The notes under the pieces are model-generated. The model worked only from the letters and a program-made list of their open reading frames with translations, did not search any database and was not told the DNA's origin. The position numbers and the translations under genes were made by a program. Shown piece by piece: positions 1 to 14,546 of a stretch of 64,000 nucleotides of DNA. The DNA is taken from positions 535,606-599,605 of the forward strand of contig NMRA01000208.1 in assembly GCA_002633005.1 (NCBI GenBank). Direction: 5' to 3'. Numbering within the stretch: the first letter of the stretch is position 1; every line of letters begins with the position of its first letter. Source of the DNA: Phoronis australis (taxonomy: Eukaryota > Animalia > Phoronida).

Positions 1-1009
1 AATCCCACAAAGGTGTTGGCCTGTATTACTTTGATCATGTTATTCTTTAAGTAAAACTTTTCAACGTTTTTGAAAGCCGAAAACATACCAGGGGTTAAAG
101 AGGTTATCGCAGAATTATCGAGCCTGAGGATGCGTACATGGGAGATAGCGGCAACGTCTGCTGCCGATAGTTTGCCTAACTGGCACTGATCACATGAGAA
201 CCATCGAAGGTCGTCAGGCATGTCACCAGTTGGAAGCTGCTTTAGTCCGGTGCAAGTGACTGATCTCCATTGGGAGTTGCAAGAACATCCAGCCGGGCAG
301 GAGGATGCCATCGACAGCATGGCTGCCAGAACCATGATGCACAGGACTCTAACCATCATTGTGAACTAAAATATGAGACAAAATGGTAAACCTTCATCTA
401 TTTCATCACACACAATAACAAAGCGTAGACAATTCATAATCAGTTTTTAAACAGAAATTAAGGTATGGTAAACAGTTCTTCAAGTTGTGAGAAAATAATT
501 GCAAAAATTGCCATATTTCTATTTTTCAGAGGCTTACCACGTTGCAAATGCTTAAAATTTTGCTAAATGTTATTTGGTAATGGTTATGTCATACAAACTG
601 AATAAAGTGAAATATTGAATATTTAAATGCTGTGTACATGTGCATAAAGTTTGTTTCTTGTGCAATAAAGTTATTATTATCATTGTAAAAGCAAAGTAAG
701 TTATGCTAACAAGTTATTTTTGTTGAGAGATTTGACAGAATTAAAATTCATCTGTCTGTCATATTTCGCCCCAAACTGTAAAATGTTTACTGTAAACCTT
801 ATAAGTATGGCTCTTACTGTTCATTTAGAAATTAACTTTTCAAGAAAATTTGTGTTCATTTTCTTGAGATCAAGGCACGCCTGCTATTGAATAAAAACCG
901 TGGATGCATTTGTTCAAGTTACTTACTTGATGGCTGTAATCTGATCACACAAGTGAGTTGTCCAGGTCCAGACTCAGCCTTTTGTAGTGCTTGTAGTGTT
1001 CCCTAGACA

Positions 1010-1240
<231 letters not shown>

Positions 1241-3341
1241 GGGGGTAGATGTTTTCACCTACACTCAAGAGATGTGCTACTATCTCATTACTTATAGATT
1301 TACCTTCAAAGTGTAATTGTTACTAACAGTGTGAACTGCACAGTTTCGTGCTGCTCATCGTCTACTAAGTAAATTACTACACAAAACTACAGTGGCAATT
1401 TGTTGGCAAAGAATTGATGCTGAAAGATGCTCCACTGAATTAAATCAGGATGCAGAACACTGTGAGTGTCCACCAACTAACCAGTATAGCCATCTAAGGG
1501 CAAAGCGACTTTCATATTCTGGTCATCACCTGGGCCTTTTATGTGTAGGACTGATAGTATTGGAGGAGTTCTATTGAACCTGTAAAAACTGCGTAGTGTA
1601 GAGATTGGTGGGTTTCAAGGTTCTTTCTTGTACCTGAGTATTGCCTGAGCCATGTGGGATAGCTGGAGCTGGGAGTCTGTGCCCAGTCCTGACCTCACTT
1701 GGAACAGATCCTTCATCATTTCAGTGTCTTCTTCATGGATAATATGTTTAGGAAAATCTGCTTTTGTGAAGCTGAAGAATGTATAGAAATCTGAGCAAAC
1801 CAAGTTCTGTAATTCATTCGTTTAGTCCATCCTCATCTTGTTGCAAAATGAAACAAAGCATTCATGCAGTTCAGACTTGTCCGTCAATCGCACCAATCTT
1901 TTTCCATTTAACATGGCTACTTCATGTCATACAGTTTCTTGATTTTAAGAATTAATTTCTTGTTTAAAAATTTTCAAGCTGCATGTAATGTACCCCCCAT
2001 AGCTTGACAAAGTTTGCTCTCAGCAGGTGTTTCGATGTTCAAGAGATAGGCTGGTAGTCAGCTGATTAGTTTCCACCTGAACTATGCACAGATAGAACTA
2101 TTCTGGACGTAATTTTTATCTCATTGCGTCCATTTAAATGTGCAAGCAAATTTCACCCTAATTGCCACTTATCTTAGCTTTGTTTTTTTTTTTGATAGAT
2201 CGCTCTCAACTTTCAGTGAATAGCGATTGTTCAATGCTAATTATTACATTATTGCGTTGAATGCAGTCATCAGCCATGGACTGGACGGGTTGGTGTCTAT
2301 GCTTACCGTAGCCTTGTTCATGTACAAGATGTTGTTTCAAACATCTTCAGTATCCCAGTGTACTCAACCTCAAGACAGACTTCACTAAACTGTTGGTCAA
2401 TATTTGGTTTATGTCTCTCTGGATATATTCAGGGTCATCTTACCTTTCTGTATGTATGTGTGTGTGTATGTGCTCAGGAAAGTCAATTATTCTAAATGAT
2501 TGTTATGTAATTTGTCATAACAAATTAGGTTGTTCAGAGTGCACCATTCATCTAGTGTATGTTTCTGCTAGTTTCACAATTTTTCTTAAGAGCTACAAAT
2601 TATACAATTTAATTGGGTGTGATGTCAGAATTGTGTAAATTTGAGGCCCCTAACACATGCGGTAATACAAAACAATCTCACTACATTTTTCTGTTAGGGT
2701 TACATTATTAAGAATTGTTTGACCAGCAAATGTGTTCACTGTTCAGTACAGGTTATATGAAGCACTTGCAATGACACCAAGACATTTTAAACTGTTGTAG
2801 ATCAAATGAACCAATAGGTAATTTAAGAGATCTCAAACAGGTTTTTGTAAAAGCAGCACTCCCATTATATGCCCATCCTAGATAGACTTGTGGAATGTCT
2901 GTAAACAGACCCTCCCTAATGTATATTGTGGACCTATGTTCAGAAAAATTTCTGTTTATAGGCCCATGGGCCACAATTAAAACTTTCTGGGTTTCCAAAA
3001 TGAACAGTGTCTGCGAGTGTCAAACAAGAAGGCTTTATAAGAGGACAGTTTGTTTCCGCTTGTTTTTAGGCTTACATATCTACAAAATGAACTCTATTCA
3101 CTAAATGTACTATTGGTACCGTAAATATCCTTACTGACACACATTGGTCCTGCGTTCATGTTAGTATTACTGATATGTTTCACATTCTTTGGGTCCCATT
3201 TTCTGATAATGTGCCCTGGATTAAATATCAGGTATTAGGAAGGTAAAAATATCCCCAGGGTCTTAAATTCAGTATTAGCTGGTAGTTGTAATGCTGTTGA
3301 AACCTTTCCCATTTGAAAAAAGTTGTCCAGCTGTGTGTTAA

Positions 3342-3867
3342 AGAGGCATGGAACACGAAATCTCAATAATATCATTTAAACAATTCCTGATAAAAGTGCG
3401 TCTAGTACAGAGTAATTTACTTTCCCTTGTGAGGAAATTTCTAGAAAAAAACCCACAAAATTCACGATTTTAAAATATGTGCGAAGTAAAAACTTTGTGG
3501 TTACCACAGTGTTTATAATCTCTCTCCCTCTTATGATATGATAAGTTCGCTCACAATCAGTTGGTTGAAGTCGCTTGAGGTCAAAGGTTACATTTTCTAT
3601 GTAAGGAAATGTGCTATGTCTATATCTTGCCAAACCAAATGAGGAGACATGGTTTGCCTTGTAGGAGAAAAATCGAGGCAGTACTGAGCAGTTGACAGGT
3701 CATTTTTTGAAATTTGAAACTAAAAGAAAATGCCTTGATATCTACAGAAATTAAAAATCTTTACAAATAAACTCTAAAATACCTGGTGAGCAGGTTGAAT
3801 TTGTTTCAGTGGCAGAGAACCACTTTCAATATCACAACGTAGTCTGCTTATCTCGTTCCAGGCCTCT
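3342..3867. mobile_element. MITE with TIRs, Kolobok-like (TTAA site)
   Basis: Left end ttaa|AGAGGCATGGAACACGA; right end TCTCGTTCCAGGCCTCT|ttac is its near-perfect reverse complement. Confidence 0.6.
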
Positions 3868-4413
3868 TTACTGTTCAGCTATTTAAGAAAACTATCATTT
3901 GTTTGTTTGCATAAATTATAACTACCTCAATTTTAGAAACTGAAATGAGCAATTGTTTTTAACTGGGATTCAGTAGATGCCTGTTGACACTGCTTTTAAA
4001 ACCCCACTAAAACATTTTGAGATGAATTTAGATGGTTTTCAAATTAGTTTTTTACCGTGGTCTTCTTACTTTATGCGTGTGTGTGCATGCATGTGATTTT
4101 AACCAACATAATGGGCAATTTTTGTCTTTTGGAAGCATCATTGGTACTGAAACGTCTGAGTGTAGAAAATTTCCTTTTTCTCAAATTCAAAGTTCATGTT
4201 TTTGACAAGTTCAATGTTATAGACGTTAAAATGGTTCTAAGTTAATATTTTTACCACAGCAACTAACCAGGAGTATTATTGGATGAGACTCCTAACAACA
4301 TGAGTCCTTAATAACTATTGATTTTATGTTATTATTTGGAATGGTGTAACATTTCCCAACATCCGATTCTCTTGATATTGTCATAAGAAGTATTGATCGC
4401 TTCATATTGGTAT

Positions 4414-4847
4414 TGTTTATGGCAGCTACTGGCTGGGCATACTGCCTGTTTATGACAGCTACTGCCTGGGCATACTGCATTTTTATGACAGCTACTGGCT
4501 GGGCGTAAGGCATGTTCATGACAGCTACTGCCTGGGCATACTGCGTGTTTATGACAGCTACTGCCTGGGCATGCTGCATGTTTATGACAGCTACTGCCTG
4601 GGCATACTGTGTGTTTTTGACAGCTACTGCCTGGGCATGCTGCATGTTTATGACAGCTACTGCCTGGGCATATAGCATGTTTATTGCAGCTACTGGCTGG
4701 TCATACAGCATGTTTATTGCAGCTACTGGCTGGGCATAGGGCATGTTTATGGCAGTTACTTTCTGGGCATACTGCATGTTTATGGCAGCTACTGCCTGGG
4801 CATACTGCATGCTTATGGCAGTTACTTTCTGGGCATACTGCATGTTT
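4414..4847. repeat. 33-bp minisatellite, about 13 copies
   Basis: Unit tgtttatgacagctactgcctgggcatactgca; produces the repetitive ORFs at 4292-4881. Confidence 0.95.
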
Positions 4848-7449
4848 CCACAGTTTTTATCCTGGGGCTACTGAGAACTAAGTGCTTACTGTGCTTGTGG
4901 GTTAGACTGTGGTGATGAGGTTTTGCGAATTGTTAGAATGTTAATTATATTAGTTGATTCATCATGCATGGCAATGTGCTTTTCCCACTGCCTCCGAAGC
5001 TTTGGTGTTGCAGAAGCCTCGGTCAGTGGGAATTGGCACTTAACTTCAGTCTTGACTCGATATTAACGGCGCAAGTTTTCTCTAAAGGTAAGGGATAGAT
5101 TTAACACCGAAGAGTTGACGCTTCACTACAATGGGAACACTTAATTTTGATGCCATGGGAGTTATTGGCAAGGATCACTGGCTGTGTTTGCCAACAGCGA
5201 GCAATGACTGGTTACTAGTAGTTAATATTTTGTTCTAATAATTATTATTTTAGTAGTATAAGCATTCTATTTCAATTCATCCATGAATTTGCTGGATTCT
5301 GAATGCCTTTGTTTCGATCAGCTGACAGCCTGTGCAAGAGTCAATTTTTTCTAGTGCATCGTCATTATCCAACGTGGCAACCATTGGCTGCCTTGTGAGG
5401 ATGACGTTCTAGTTTCCATCTCGGGAGATGATAAAGTCCTTGCAATTTTTTATTATAAACACTGTCAAAAACTGCAAGGCCTTATGACCTAAGGTCATAT
5501 TAGCATGGCCTCGCCATAACTTCCTTCGCTAGACTATAACTCTGAAGTTGTTGGAATTAACTTGCTAAAAGACCTTTTTCTTTCTAAATCATGCGAGTTC
5601 TTGTCAAGAATCTGTAACATAAAGATCTGAAATTGTCTACTAATGAGATTGCGTATCAACGGATAAAATGTTGTGACGTGGGTACATGTTTACATTCCGT
5701 CTTATTTAATTCTGGACCATAGAGCGCTATTCCTATGGACTATGTGGAAGTTCAACCCAGTTTTGTTGACCAGTTCACTTTTTTGTTTTGGCTGTGTAGA
5801 TTCTACAGAGAAGGTTGTCCTCCCTAGGGCTGTGTTGATTGAATAGTTTTGTTCCATTATTTTGCGCAGCAGACAATTCACTGTCCACAGCTCCACCTGT
5901 TTGTTTTCCATGTAACCTATCATGTTACATCCAGTGTCAATGTCTGCATGTATCCATTTACAAATATGTGTTTGTTGTTTGTGTAAACACACCAAACATG
6001 TCATACCCCCCTAGCAATAATGGATATCTAATTCAGTAGTTAGAAACACAACACATTCTATACATACTAACTCTGTATCTGTGCCTATCTCCAGGGCAGG
6101 TATCATATTATGTCTCCCTGACTGAACATCCAGGTATTTAACTTTACCTTATGACCCAGGTAAAAATTCCTGAATTTTGGACATTCTAAAACGGTTTCTC
6201 AAAAACTTTGGAGTCGCGTTCATATTTTGAAACATAAAAATACGTTTGTTTGGTGACTGAATCCACATTAAACTAATGGTGTTTACTTTTAGGGTAGGGG
6301 CCCTTGTTTTAACTGATTACTGAGAAGTGGAAAAACTTCATCTTCTTGTTGTTCCAAATTAAAGAGATCATCTTTACTGTTATTCTTTAGTGATAAACTA
6401 TGGAAAAACAGCTGCTGAACACAATACTTGCTTAAAAAACAAGGCACATGAACTTTAAGTAGAGATCTTCCTCACGTTCATGGGAATTTTCAACGTCAAC
6501 CAATAGAAAATTCACCCAGTACTTTATGCAGTGATAGCTATGAAACTAGACCCCGAGAAACAATATCATGAATTTAAGAAGTAGCTTTACATGAAACATT
6601 AGTGAAATGAAACGTGTTTGAAATTGGCCTGTTGCTCAAGTCTGTGAAGCTGCCAAATTTCTCTCCCTGGTTTTTTATTTGAACTTTTGACTATTAAAGT
6701 TGCTTATTTGTGATGGTATACCTCTCTACGTTGTAAATGAGTGCAAATACCAATATTGGTTTTTCACTTTAGAGATTTTGTGCGGAGTGAACTTGAGGTT
6801 GGAAGAAATTTTACTGTATTTGATTGTCATTCACCTTCTCCTGTTTTATAATATTTAGTATCAAAAGTAATTAATTCCTTCAAACTATAGCAAAACCATA
6901 TTGTCATGGACAGTAGGAAGTCCCATAACTTAAGACTATCTTTGATGTTTCATTAAAAATATAAAAAAGTTGGAAAATTGGAGTTTTAGTTATGTCAAAT
7001 AAAATATTCTCAAAGTCATAAGAGATCCAAGTGTTTGTAAGTCAAAGTTTGCTTTTTTATGCTCCTTGCTGTGCTTTACTCAGTCAGTCAAGTCTGAGCA
7101 CAACTGGACCACTTCCACCAATAGGTGGCATTAGTGGCTGCATGCATGCTTGGTGTCTTCAGCTCCCATTATCTATTGTAACATAAAAGATCTCTGCTTT
7201 AAGTCAAGTTAGGTTCTGATTTATTGTACACAGTGAAAATGTGTTGTTTACACTGGTAACCAAGAATCTGTTTCTTGAAATATGACTTAAGACTCAAGTC
7301 AGAAATTTAGTCTTGACATAACTGTCAGTTACTGAGATAATTTTTGTATTTTTTTCCTATAGAGTGATGCACTCTAAGTCTTAATTACTTGATGAGAAAT
7401 GAGTTCATCAAAACAAGGAAATGCTGTACAACAGTTAACTCCCAAGAAC

Positions 7450-8520
7450 ATCCTGTCAATGATTTTTTGCTTACGTAGTCAAACAGGAAAATTTGGATAA
7501 ATCATGTGCGCATTCAGAACCGATTTCCAGTTTAGCTCTCACCTTAGGAGGAAGCAGGTTGTTTCTTTTCTGCATGAGTTGTGGTTGGGCCCAGTCGTTT
7601 TTTGTGGAACAGCGTGTATGAAATAAATAGAACGGTGTTATCAAAGCTTCCACAGCTTTTGAAGGGAATTTCAGTTGAATTCTTATTTATCTGAATTCTA
7701 ATCTTACTTCTGTCGTTACTACTTACAAAAAATCCAACAATTTCGTGGCGGCTTGAAATTTTTACCATGCCGCCGAACAAAATCTGATGTTGTGTTGGCA
7801 AGTTGAAGATCACCATACTGAGTCCTGGTAACTATTGTAACAAGCCTCAGATGTTTTTGTCGTCTTCAATAAGCTCCATGAATGGCCAATTTCTATACCA
7901 ACAGTTGGGTATTTTGTTAATAGGTGTCGCCACCATGCATATTACAGGTGAGCAGTCGGGTTTCTTGATATGTTCCTCCATTCATTCCTAATATATGTGT
8001 TGTTTAATTGCTGTTTTTAATTTGAATTTGTGTCTGCCTTAATATCTTCTGAGTTCTTTGATGTATCTTCATGAAATTTATCATTGGTGTTCCTAAGGTT
8101 GAGGGTTGGAATGTGCAGGTGATGGATGTGACGTACCATGGAAATAGTTGAGAAAATATAAGCACTCCTTCTTCATCGTTTGTAATGCACACGGTGGGTG
8201 CAGAATTACAACATTCTACATTGCTGTTATTTCTTAAGCTGCTGATACGTACAATGTTAACTTATTTTTTAACCAGTGTTCTCCCAGCATGTATTTGAAT
8301 GTGGTGTTACTCCAAGTTTGGAATGTTTTGCACCAATTTTTTTTTTTTGAAATCTTGATCCATGTTTGAAAAAAACTATTTTCTGCTTTTATGTCAAAGA
8401 ATTGAAATTGTGTTCGAAAGTGGTCCATTTTTTCTGTTGTTTATCAGTAAAAATGATAACAACAAGTGAAAATTATGTGTGATTAACATAAAAGAAGATT
8501 GTTACCTGAAAACATGGCGC
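7450..8520 (-). pseudogene. Possible heavily decayed hAT-like transposase remnant
   Basis: Frameshifted fragments KMDHFRTQFQFFDIK and QKRNNLLPPKVRAKLEI resemble the hAT SxKR..F..F region and the C-terminal RNxL dimerisation motif; recognised by eye only. Confidence 0.3.
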
Positions 8521-11500
8521 GCAAATTGTTCCTTGTTTGAATTATTGTTCAGCGAGAAGTCGAGAACTCTGTTGATGATGGTGATGGCGGTGATGGTGGT
8601 GATGATCGCAGTCGTCATTTCTAATGCAAAAGTGTAGTTTGGAAAACACTTGAATCCAAAAAAGGAATTAGTTGTAATCTTTGTGTTTTGAAAACTGTTG
8701 GATGATAGCTTTTAGTTCCCAATTTTCAAAAAAAGAACTCGCCTGAGATTAATAAAAACAATAATTTTTTTAATCCTATTAAACTGTTCTGGTAGTGTTC
8801 CTCATCTCGTTAGGACTTGATTTCCATGAACTATAAGAACACTGAAACCATCCGCAATTCAAGAAAACACTTCGCAGTTGGAGTGAAGTCAAAAATAGTC
8901 CAGGTATATCGCTTGTGGCTTCAGTTGTTGTCCCCTGCAGTATAATTCAAGATTGGAAAAGTTTGAAAATGTTTTAAACCCCAATGCACCTCGATTAAGA
9001 ATTTAACCTTGGCAGCTAAGTAGTGGCGAAATCCCCCTTAAAAGTTTACTGGTAGATATATTGTGATATTGCATATTATTTCAGTGTTTTTAAGTACTTA
9101 TAGCTATTGGTTTGGCAAATATTTCAATTGTTGGTGTTGATTTTATTCCAATGACATTGACTTAAGTTGCATGAACTTACTTGATGATCATTTGAAAGCA
9201 TTCTGGTTCAGTTCACTACATAAAAAATAACTGCAGGCGGTCTGGTACAGTTGTACCAGGCGTGTGCAGGCCGCGCATGTGTGCTCATTGCACTGATCAG
9301 TTCATTAGGATTCATGATATTTGTTTGATGTTTGAATATGCTTGCTGAAGAATGTAAGTGGCATTCATCACTACAAAGCTTTGATCAGAGAGAGTGAGAG
9401 GGAGGGGGACGAATGATTTTTGTTATAAGATGTTTTGCCACAGGTGCAGTAGAAGGTATGTTAGGACAAATTAGGCTAAAACACATCAACTGCTCTCTTC
9501 TGTCACATTCAAGAAGAGTAGTTTTTGCATAACCAAATATAGCAATTGTGCATTAGGACTTCAATATTGAGAGTCAGTCTGTGAAAGAAACATTAGAACG
9601 GTTAACTTTGCTGTTAATCATGGTTAACACCGAAGCTTCGATCGTAGTTGACTTAACTGTATGGGAAAGGACTTAAAAATTCTGGAAGGCTTTGATTGGT
9701 CTTTTGTGCTACTCCACCAACTGGTGCTTGTTTCTATCGGTGACTTAATATCACTTTAAGAACTGACAGGAAGCTTTAAATTTATGGTCGTAGTTAATTC
9801 AAGTACAATAAGTAGCACTATTAACTTGCTTGTTTGCTGTCTTGACACCAGGAATAGCAACCTAGACATGAGATGTTTATTGAACTGCAGATCAGCAGTC
9901 CTCTAAGTGGGATTGATCACCTTAAGTGTACAGAAGTCTACCGAAAGAAATTTCTTCAGATGAAGCACTGACTAAAGATTACGGAAACCTGAGCAATCAC
10001 CAGATGCTTTGGGCTGCAAAAGTTATGCCATTTCAAGTTCCTTTTTTTGCCTAAGTCAAGCTTTCGTTAGACAACTGGTCATTTTGTCTTGTTTTGTCCA
10101 AACTTCAGTGATCACGAGATCAATCACTGAGTTGGGTAGGATAGGGCCTTATATCAACACACTGGATCTATAGATCACTCCTTCATCACTCGTCCATTGT
10201 TTCTTTTGCCATAAAGGTTTAGGCTGCATGTGGCGCCAGTATGCAAGTATGCCAGTGGATCACCAGCGGTGTTTCTAGAAGGCAACATGGTGATTTGGTC
10301 ATTGAATGTATGCCTTTTATGACATGATGAATTAGGACTCTGATGATATATAAAGCACTAGTGAACTCTTCCAACTCTCTCTTTATTTTTGAGGAATCAC
10401 ATAGTGGTTATAAGCCTGAAGGCACTGTGAAACTTGTCTATTCAAGGATTTATAGTCCACACTGTTGCTTTACCTTTGAATGCACACAGGTGCAAACCTC
10501 TTCAATGGAATATATAAAACCTAAGATGTATTGGGCTTCACAGTTGTCATTGCCACTGGACTTTGTCACTCAGAATGTTTGATTTGCCACATGTCCAGCC
10601 AGATCCTGTATTTAGACGCACCACCAACGTTACAGCCCATGAAACAGGAGAATCATGAAGATGTCTTTTCCCCTTTTTGTGGTTCTGACGATGGAGATTT
10701 TACCCAAGCTTGACAGAATGGGAGATACAAAACAATTCATATATCAATTGATCACCTTGGTTGCTGTATATTTTTGGTAGTTGAATGCTGTTATGAATCT
10801 TAGACTCCAGAACATATCAAACAATTTGACAGTGAGTAATATGGAGAAAAAAGAACTATTAACATAATATTATTTTGTCCTAAAACGTGACATTCAGTGG
10901 ACATTTCCTTCTGCAATGAAGGCTGGCCGTCTCAGTTTTCTCCTGCCAAGAAATTGCCTTCTATCTTAAAATTTGTAGCTATGGTTAATGTTGGCAGTTT
11001 TGGTGTTTTTTGAACATTGTAAGCAAGAATGGCTTTAAATTCACACAGCTTTCTTTCAACTGGGCCACCCAAGATAATCTTGTATGAGCTGACACTTGGC
11101 AGACGGTGCAATGTTTTTATGTATTCTGATTAGCTGTCAGTTGAGAACATGAAGCCTGCAGGTACATTAACTAAAAGTACATGCCAGAGTATCATGCCAT
11201 CTTGAATGTATAATACATCCCCAGATTATTGAAAATCTTTTGGTGTAACATAGTCCACATGTTGGTACACACTGAAAGCTTCAGTAGTGTTGGAGAGTGA
11301 GCCACCTGGTGTTGTAAAGCTGTGAGACATCGACTTCAACACGGGCGGTGCATCATAGGGGGCTGGGAGGGCTATAGCCCCCCACTTTATTCAGCGCTGC
11401 GTCGCCCATGAGTCTATAGTCAGTGCACCACAGGGGTCTGTGGGGGCTTTAGCCCCATACTTTTTCAGTGCTGAATCAACATGTTTATTTATTTATTAAG

Positions 11501-13215
11501 GTAATAGTTTCAATGAGGGTATCCCCATCAGTTCACACTGCTTTCCGTGAACCTGTGATGTCATGAGAAGCAAGAATGGAAAACAACTTGTTGCCTTGAA
11601 CTACACCGCTGCATTTAAGGTTATCTCAAACCTTATTTAGAGACCTTCAAAGACAGGCTTTGTCAACTAGTAAAAGTATATATTTTCTGAAAGAAAAAGA
11701 TTAGGGATAATAAAAATATTTTTTATATTTATTTACCACTATTATTATTATTACATTAAAACCCTTTTAAGTTAAAATTTCATTTCTAAGAATGGTACAT
11801 TCGTAGCAAAATACCGTCTCAGTCGATTTTGATGAAAATGAAGGAAAGGAACTGTGCCTATGGGAAATCTCCTGCCCTGTGTACGGTCATTATCAAGAGT
11901 CTCCAGAAGATGCTGTTTGTGTCGACATGGTGTACGAGATGCCAAGGGAGGAATGACTTCTCCCTTGCAAGTTTAAAATTGACCTCAGCTTCACACTCCC
12001 TACCCTCAACTGCACCATAGTCACATACCCTTACTCACTGTTGGTGAAGTCGTACATGTGTAGATGGGGAGTGGTAGAGGAATGGTAGGACCATAACTAA
12101 CTCGGTGATTGATCTCCTGCTGGCTGAGTTGTGAAGTGAATGAAATGGGAAAAAACAACCAGTTGTGTAATGAAAGTTTGACGGAAAGTGACAAAAGCGA
12201 TGTGAAATGGTGGAACTTGAGGGAGTCAAAATGGTGGAACTTCAGGGAGCCAAAATCTTCTAAACTGCTTAAGTGTGCGTAATCATTTGTTTCTCTTTTA
12301 AGGACATTTTAAGGGATTTGTTATAATTTTGCTCACTAAAAGGATGATCAAACTTCCATTTATTAGTGTTTTTATTGTCAGTCCATCAATGAATACTCAT
12401 TGTAGTCGAGTAGACAATTGAGTGAATTAATTACCTGTACTTAAGAAATGACTTTATCATAACTCTTGACCTTCAAAATACAGGGTAGGTAGACTTGAAT
12501 TGTTTGATTATGCGAAATAATCAGTGAGCTATTGCAAAATAATTGCCTAATTTCCTTCATGAAAATGAAATTTAGAGTTTGACATCCAGGGGTTGGACGC
12601 TAGGCCATTTTCCGACTAATTTATGATATTCTGAATTTCTAGCAACTTTTCTGAACCTCAACGTGTGACCAAAGAAAATCATAGTTGGTTCGTGTCGGGA
12701 TTCCAACTCATTTTGAATCCTGCTTCGCATTGCTCTTGTTTTGTGTTTTATTGTTTTTCAGGCTATCAATAACTTAACTATTTTAATTTACAAAAACAAC
12801 GTAAAATTAGGCTCTTCCTTCAGGGTAATTTCCTGTTTTGTTGAAAATTAAAATTGAGTCGTGTTAACTATTTTAAGACTGATGATTCATTTGGTTGTCA
12901 TTGTTTGAAAGGTGCCTTGTGTGTTATCCTGCTGTGCCTGGGACCTGGGACGGAGCTAATGGGTCAGATCAGCTTCATCCAACATATGTGCTTCATTCCC
13001 ACTCCATCTGGTGTTCATTATTCAGTCTAACCACCCCAAACAAGTGGGGATTTACACTGGAAATAGACCACCTCCGTCACTGGAGTACACCTCTTTATAA
13101 TATGTTTATGACTTGATTAAAAAACTTGCCAGCTTTCATGGCCATATGTGAACTTGTAGGCTAGAGTGCTCAGGTGACTGCCAGTCAAGTAGCTCTGGTT
13201 TTGATTTCTTCGGAG

Positions 13216-13256
13216 ATGGAAGAGTTCAGAGTGCAGTTATTTTTGTCTGTGTGCGG
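13216..13256 (+). CDS. Weaker candidate alternative first coding exon (MEEFRVQLFLSVC-G)
   Basis: gagATGG Kozak, 41 nt, donor GG|gtatgt in phase 2. Confidence 0.3.
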
Positions 13257-14430
13257 GTATGTTGTGTCAGTTTTCAGTTATGAAAGACGTTTGATGTTAT
13301 AATGTGCTTGGACTGATAGCCTGAGAAGTCTGGTTTGTAACAGCGGATTTAATTTTTTATCATTTTCTGGGTTCTTCAAAAATACGTCATACAAACTGTA
13401 GATCCTGTCAGTATTGGATGAAAACAGTTGAGTGATTGATATAATTCATTGAGAAGTATTCAGGTTTTTATTGTACTAAATGAATGTTACTTGTTGGAAT
13501 ACCTTTAATTTAGATAAGGTTGATTGTGATGAAAATGGGGTCCTAGTAATGGTGGTCATCTTTTGAGTAAAGTTTTGTAATTTTTAATTAGTGATAAAGC
13601 TAATTAAGTATCATTTCTTGTAATTAGAAAGATGATGAGCGTCGTGCGTGAATGTTGGGAAAAGCTAGTGTTCTTGATTGATATATGTATATATGTTAAA
13701 GTTTATAATTTTTTAATGTTGATAAAACTTGGCAGGTGATTTGTCTGGGTTAAATATTGATTGACCGCGCGGTGAACAATCTGTAAATTGGACCGGCTCA
13801 TTTCATTTACAACATTAGGTAAAATGACTTGCTATGTTTGGAGTATTTGTAATTAAGTCAACAGCTATCATTCATAGCAATATCAGTTGGGAAATACTAA
13901 CTTAATAATTTATAAACACGTGGAAGATAAGATCAGGTTGTTAGGCTGCATAAGTTGAGAAAATCATAATTGACAGCACCAAAGCTGTCAGTCATCAATA
14001 TAACTGGGCTGTAGTTAATGCAGTTTTTTATACTTAGCTTCCTGTTGGATTGGTGGACGTCTTTACATGTTGTCAATGTCATCTTGAGCTCTACATTATC
14101 AACAGTGGCTTCTTCTTGTGACTACTATAGTATTGTGCATTCCATGGTCTGTGGGAAGAATAATAACCTTCTACTCATCATTAATTTACTACTGTTGTGA
14201 CTGTTTTCATCTGTTCACGGAAAAGTGTCATTTAGTGATTGGGAATGGGAACCTACTCCTGGCAGCTTGTGACTCGAAGAAATTCTCTGTTGAGCGGTAT
14301 TTTTGTGCCTGATGAAATAGCGCCGTCATCTATTCTTGGAACGGTGCATTCAAACGAAGTGGATATGTGAATTTGTTGTCGATGTGTCTCGTTGTTGTTT
14401 CAAAACGATCTTGAAGTTTATGGTAAAAGG

Positions 14431-14546
14431 ATGGGTATATCATCGTCTATTTACAAGGCTTCAACACACAGTTCGCTACGTTGGACGCAGTACAGTGTTG
14501 AAGAAAGCGAACAGGAGTACCTTGATACACCACCAGGTGGCACTTA
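14431..14546 (+). CDS. Candidate alternative first coding exon (MGISSSIYKASTHSSLRWTQYSVEESEQEYLDTPPGGT-Y)
   Basis: aggATGG Kozak context, 116 nt open frame, donor TA|gtaagt in phase 2 matching exon 37825; MGxxxS N-myristoylation motif. Confidence 0.5.

Noticed and set aside
4292-4881. 183-aa repetitive ORF (MQYAQAVAVIN)n
   Set aside because: By-product of a stop-free 33-bp minisatellite; open in several frames, with no splice or homology support.
9283-9299. 17-mer gctcattgcactgatca repeated at 49093-49109
   Set aside because: A single 17-mer match within 64 kb is not clearly beyond chance and the flanks do not align.
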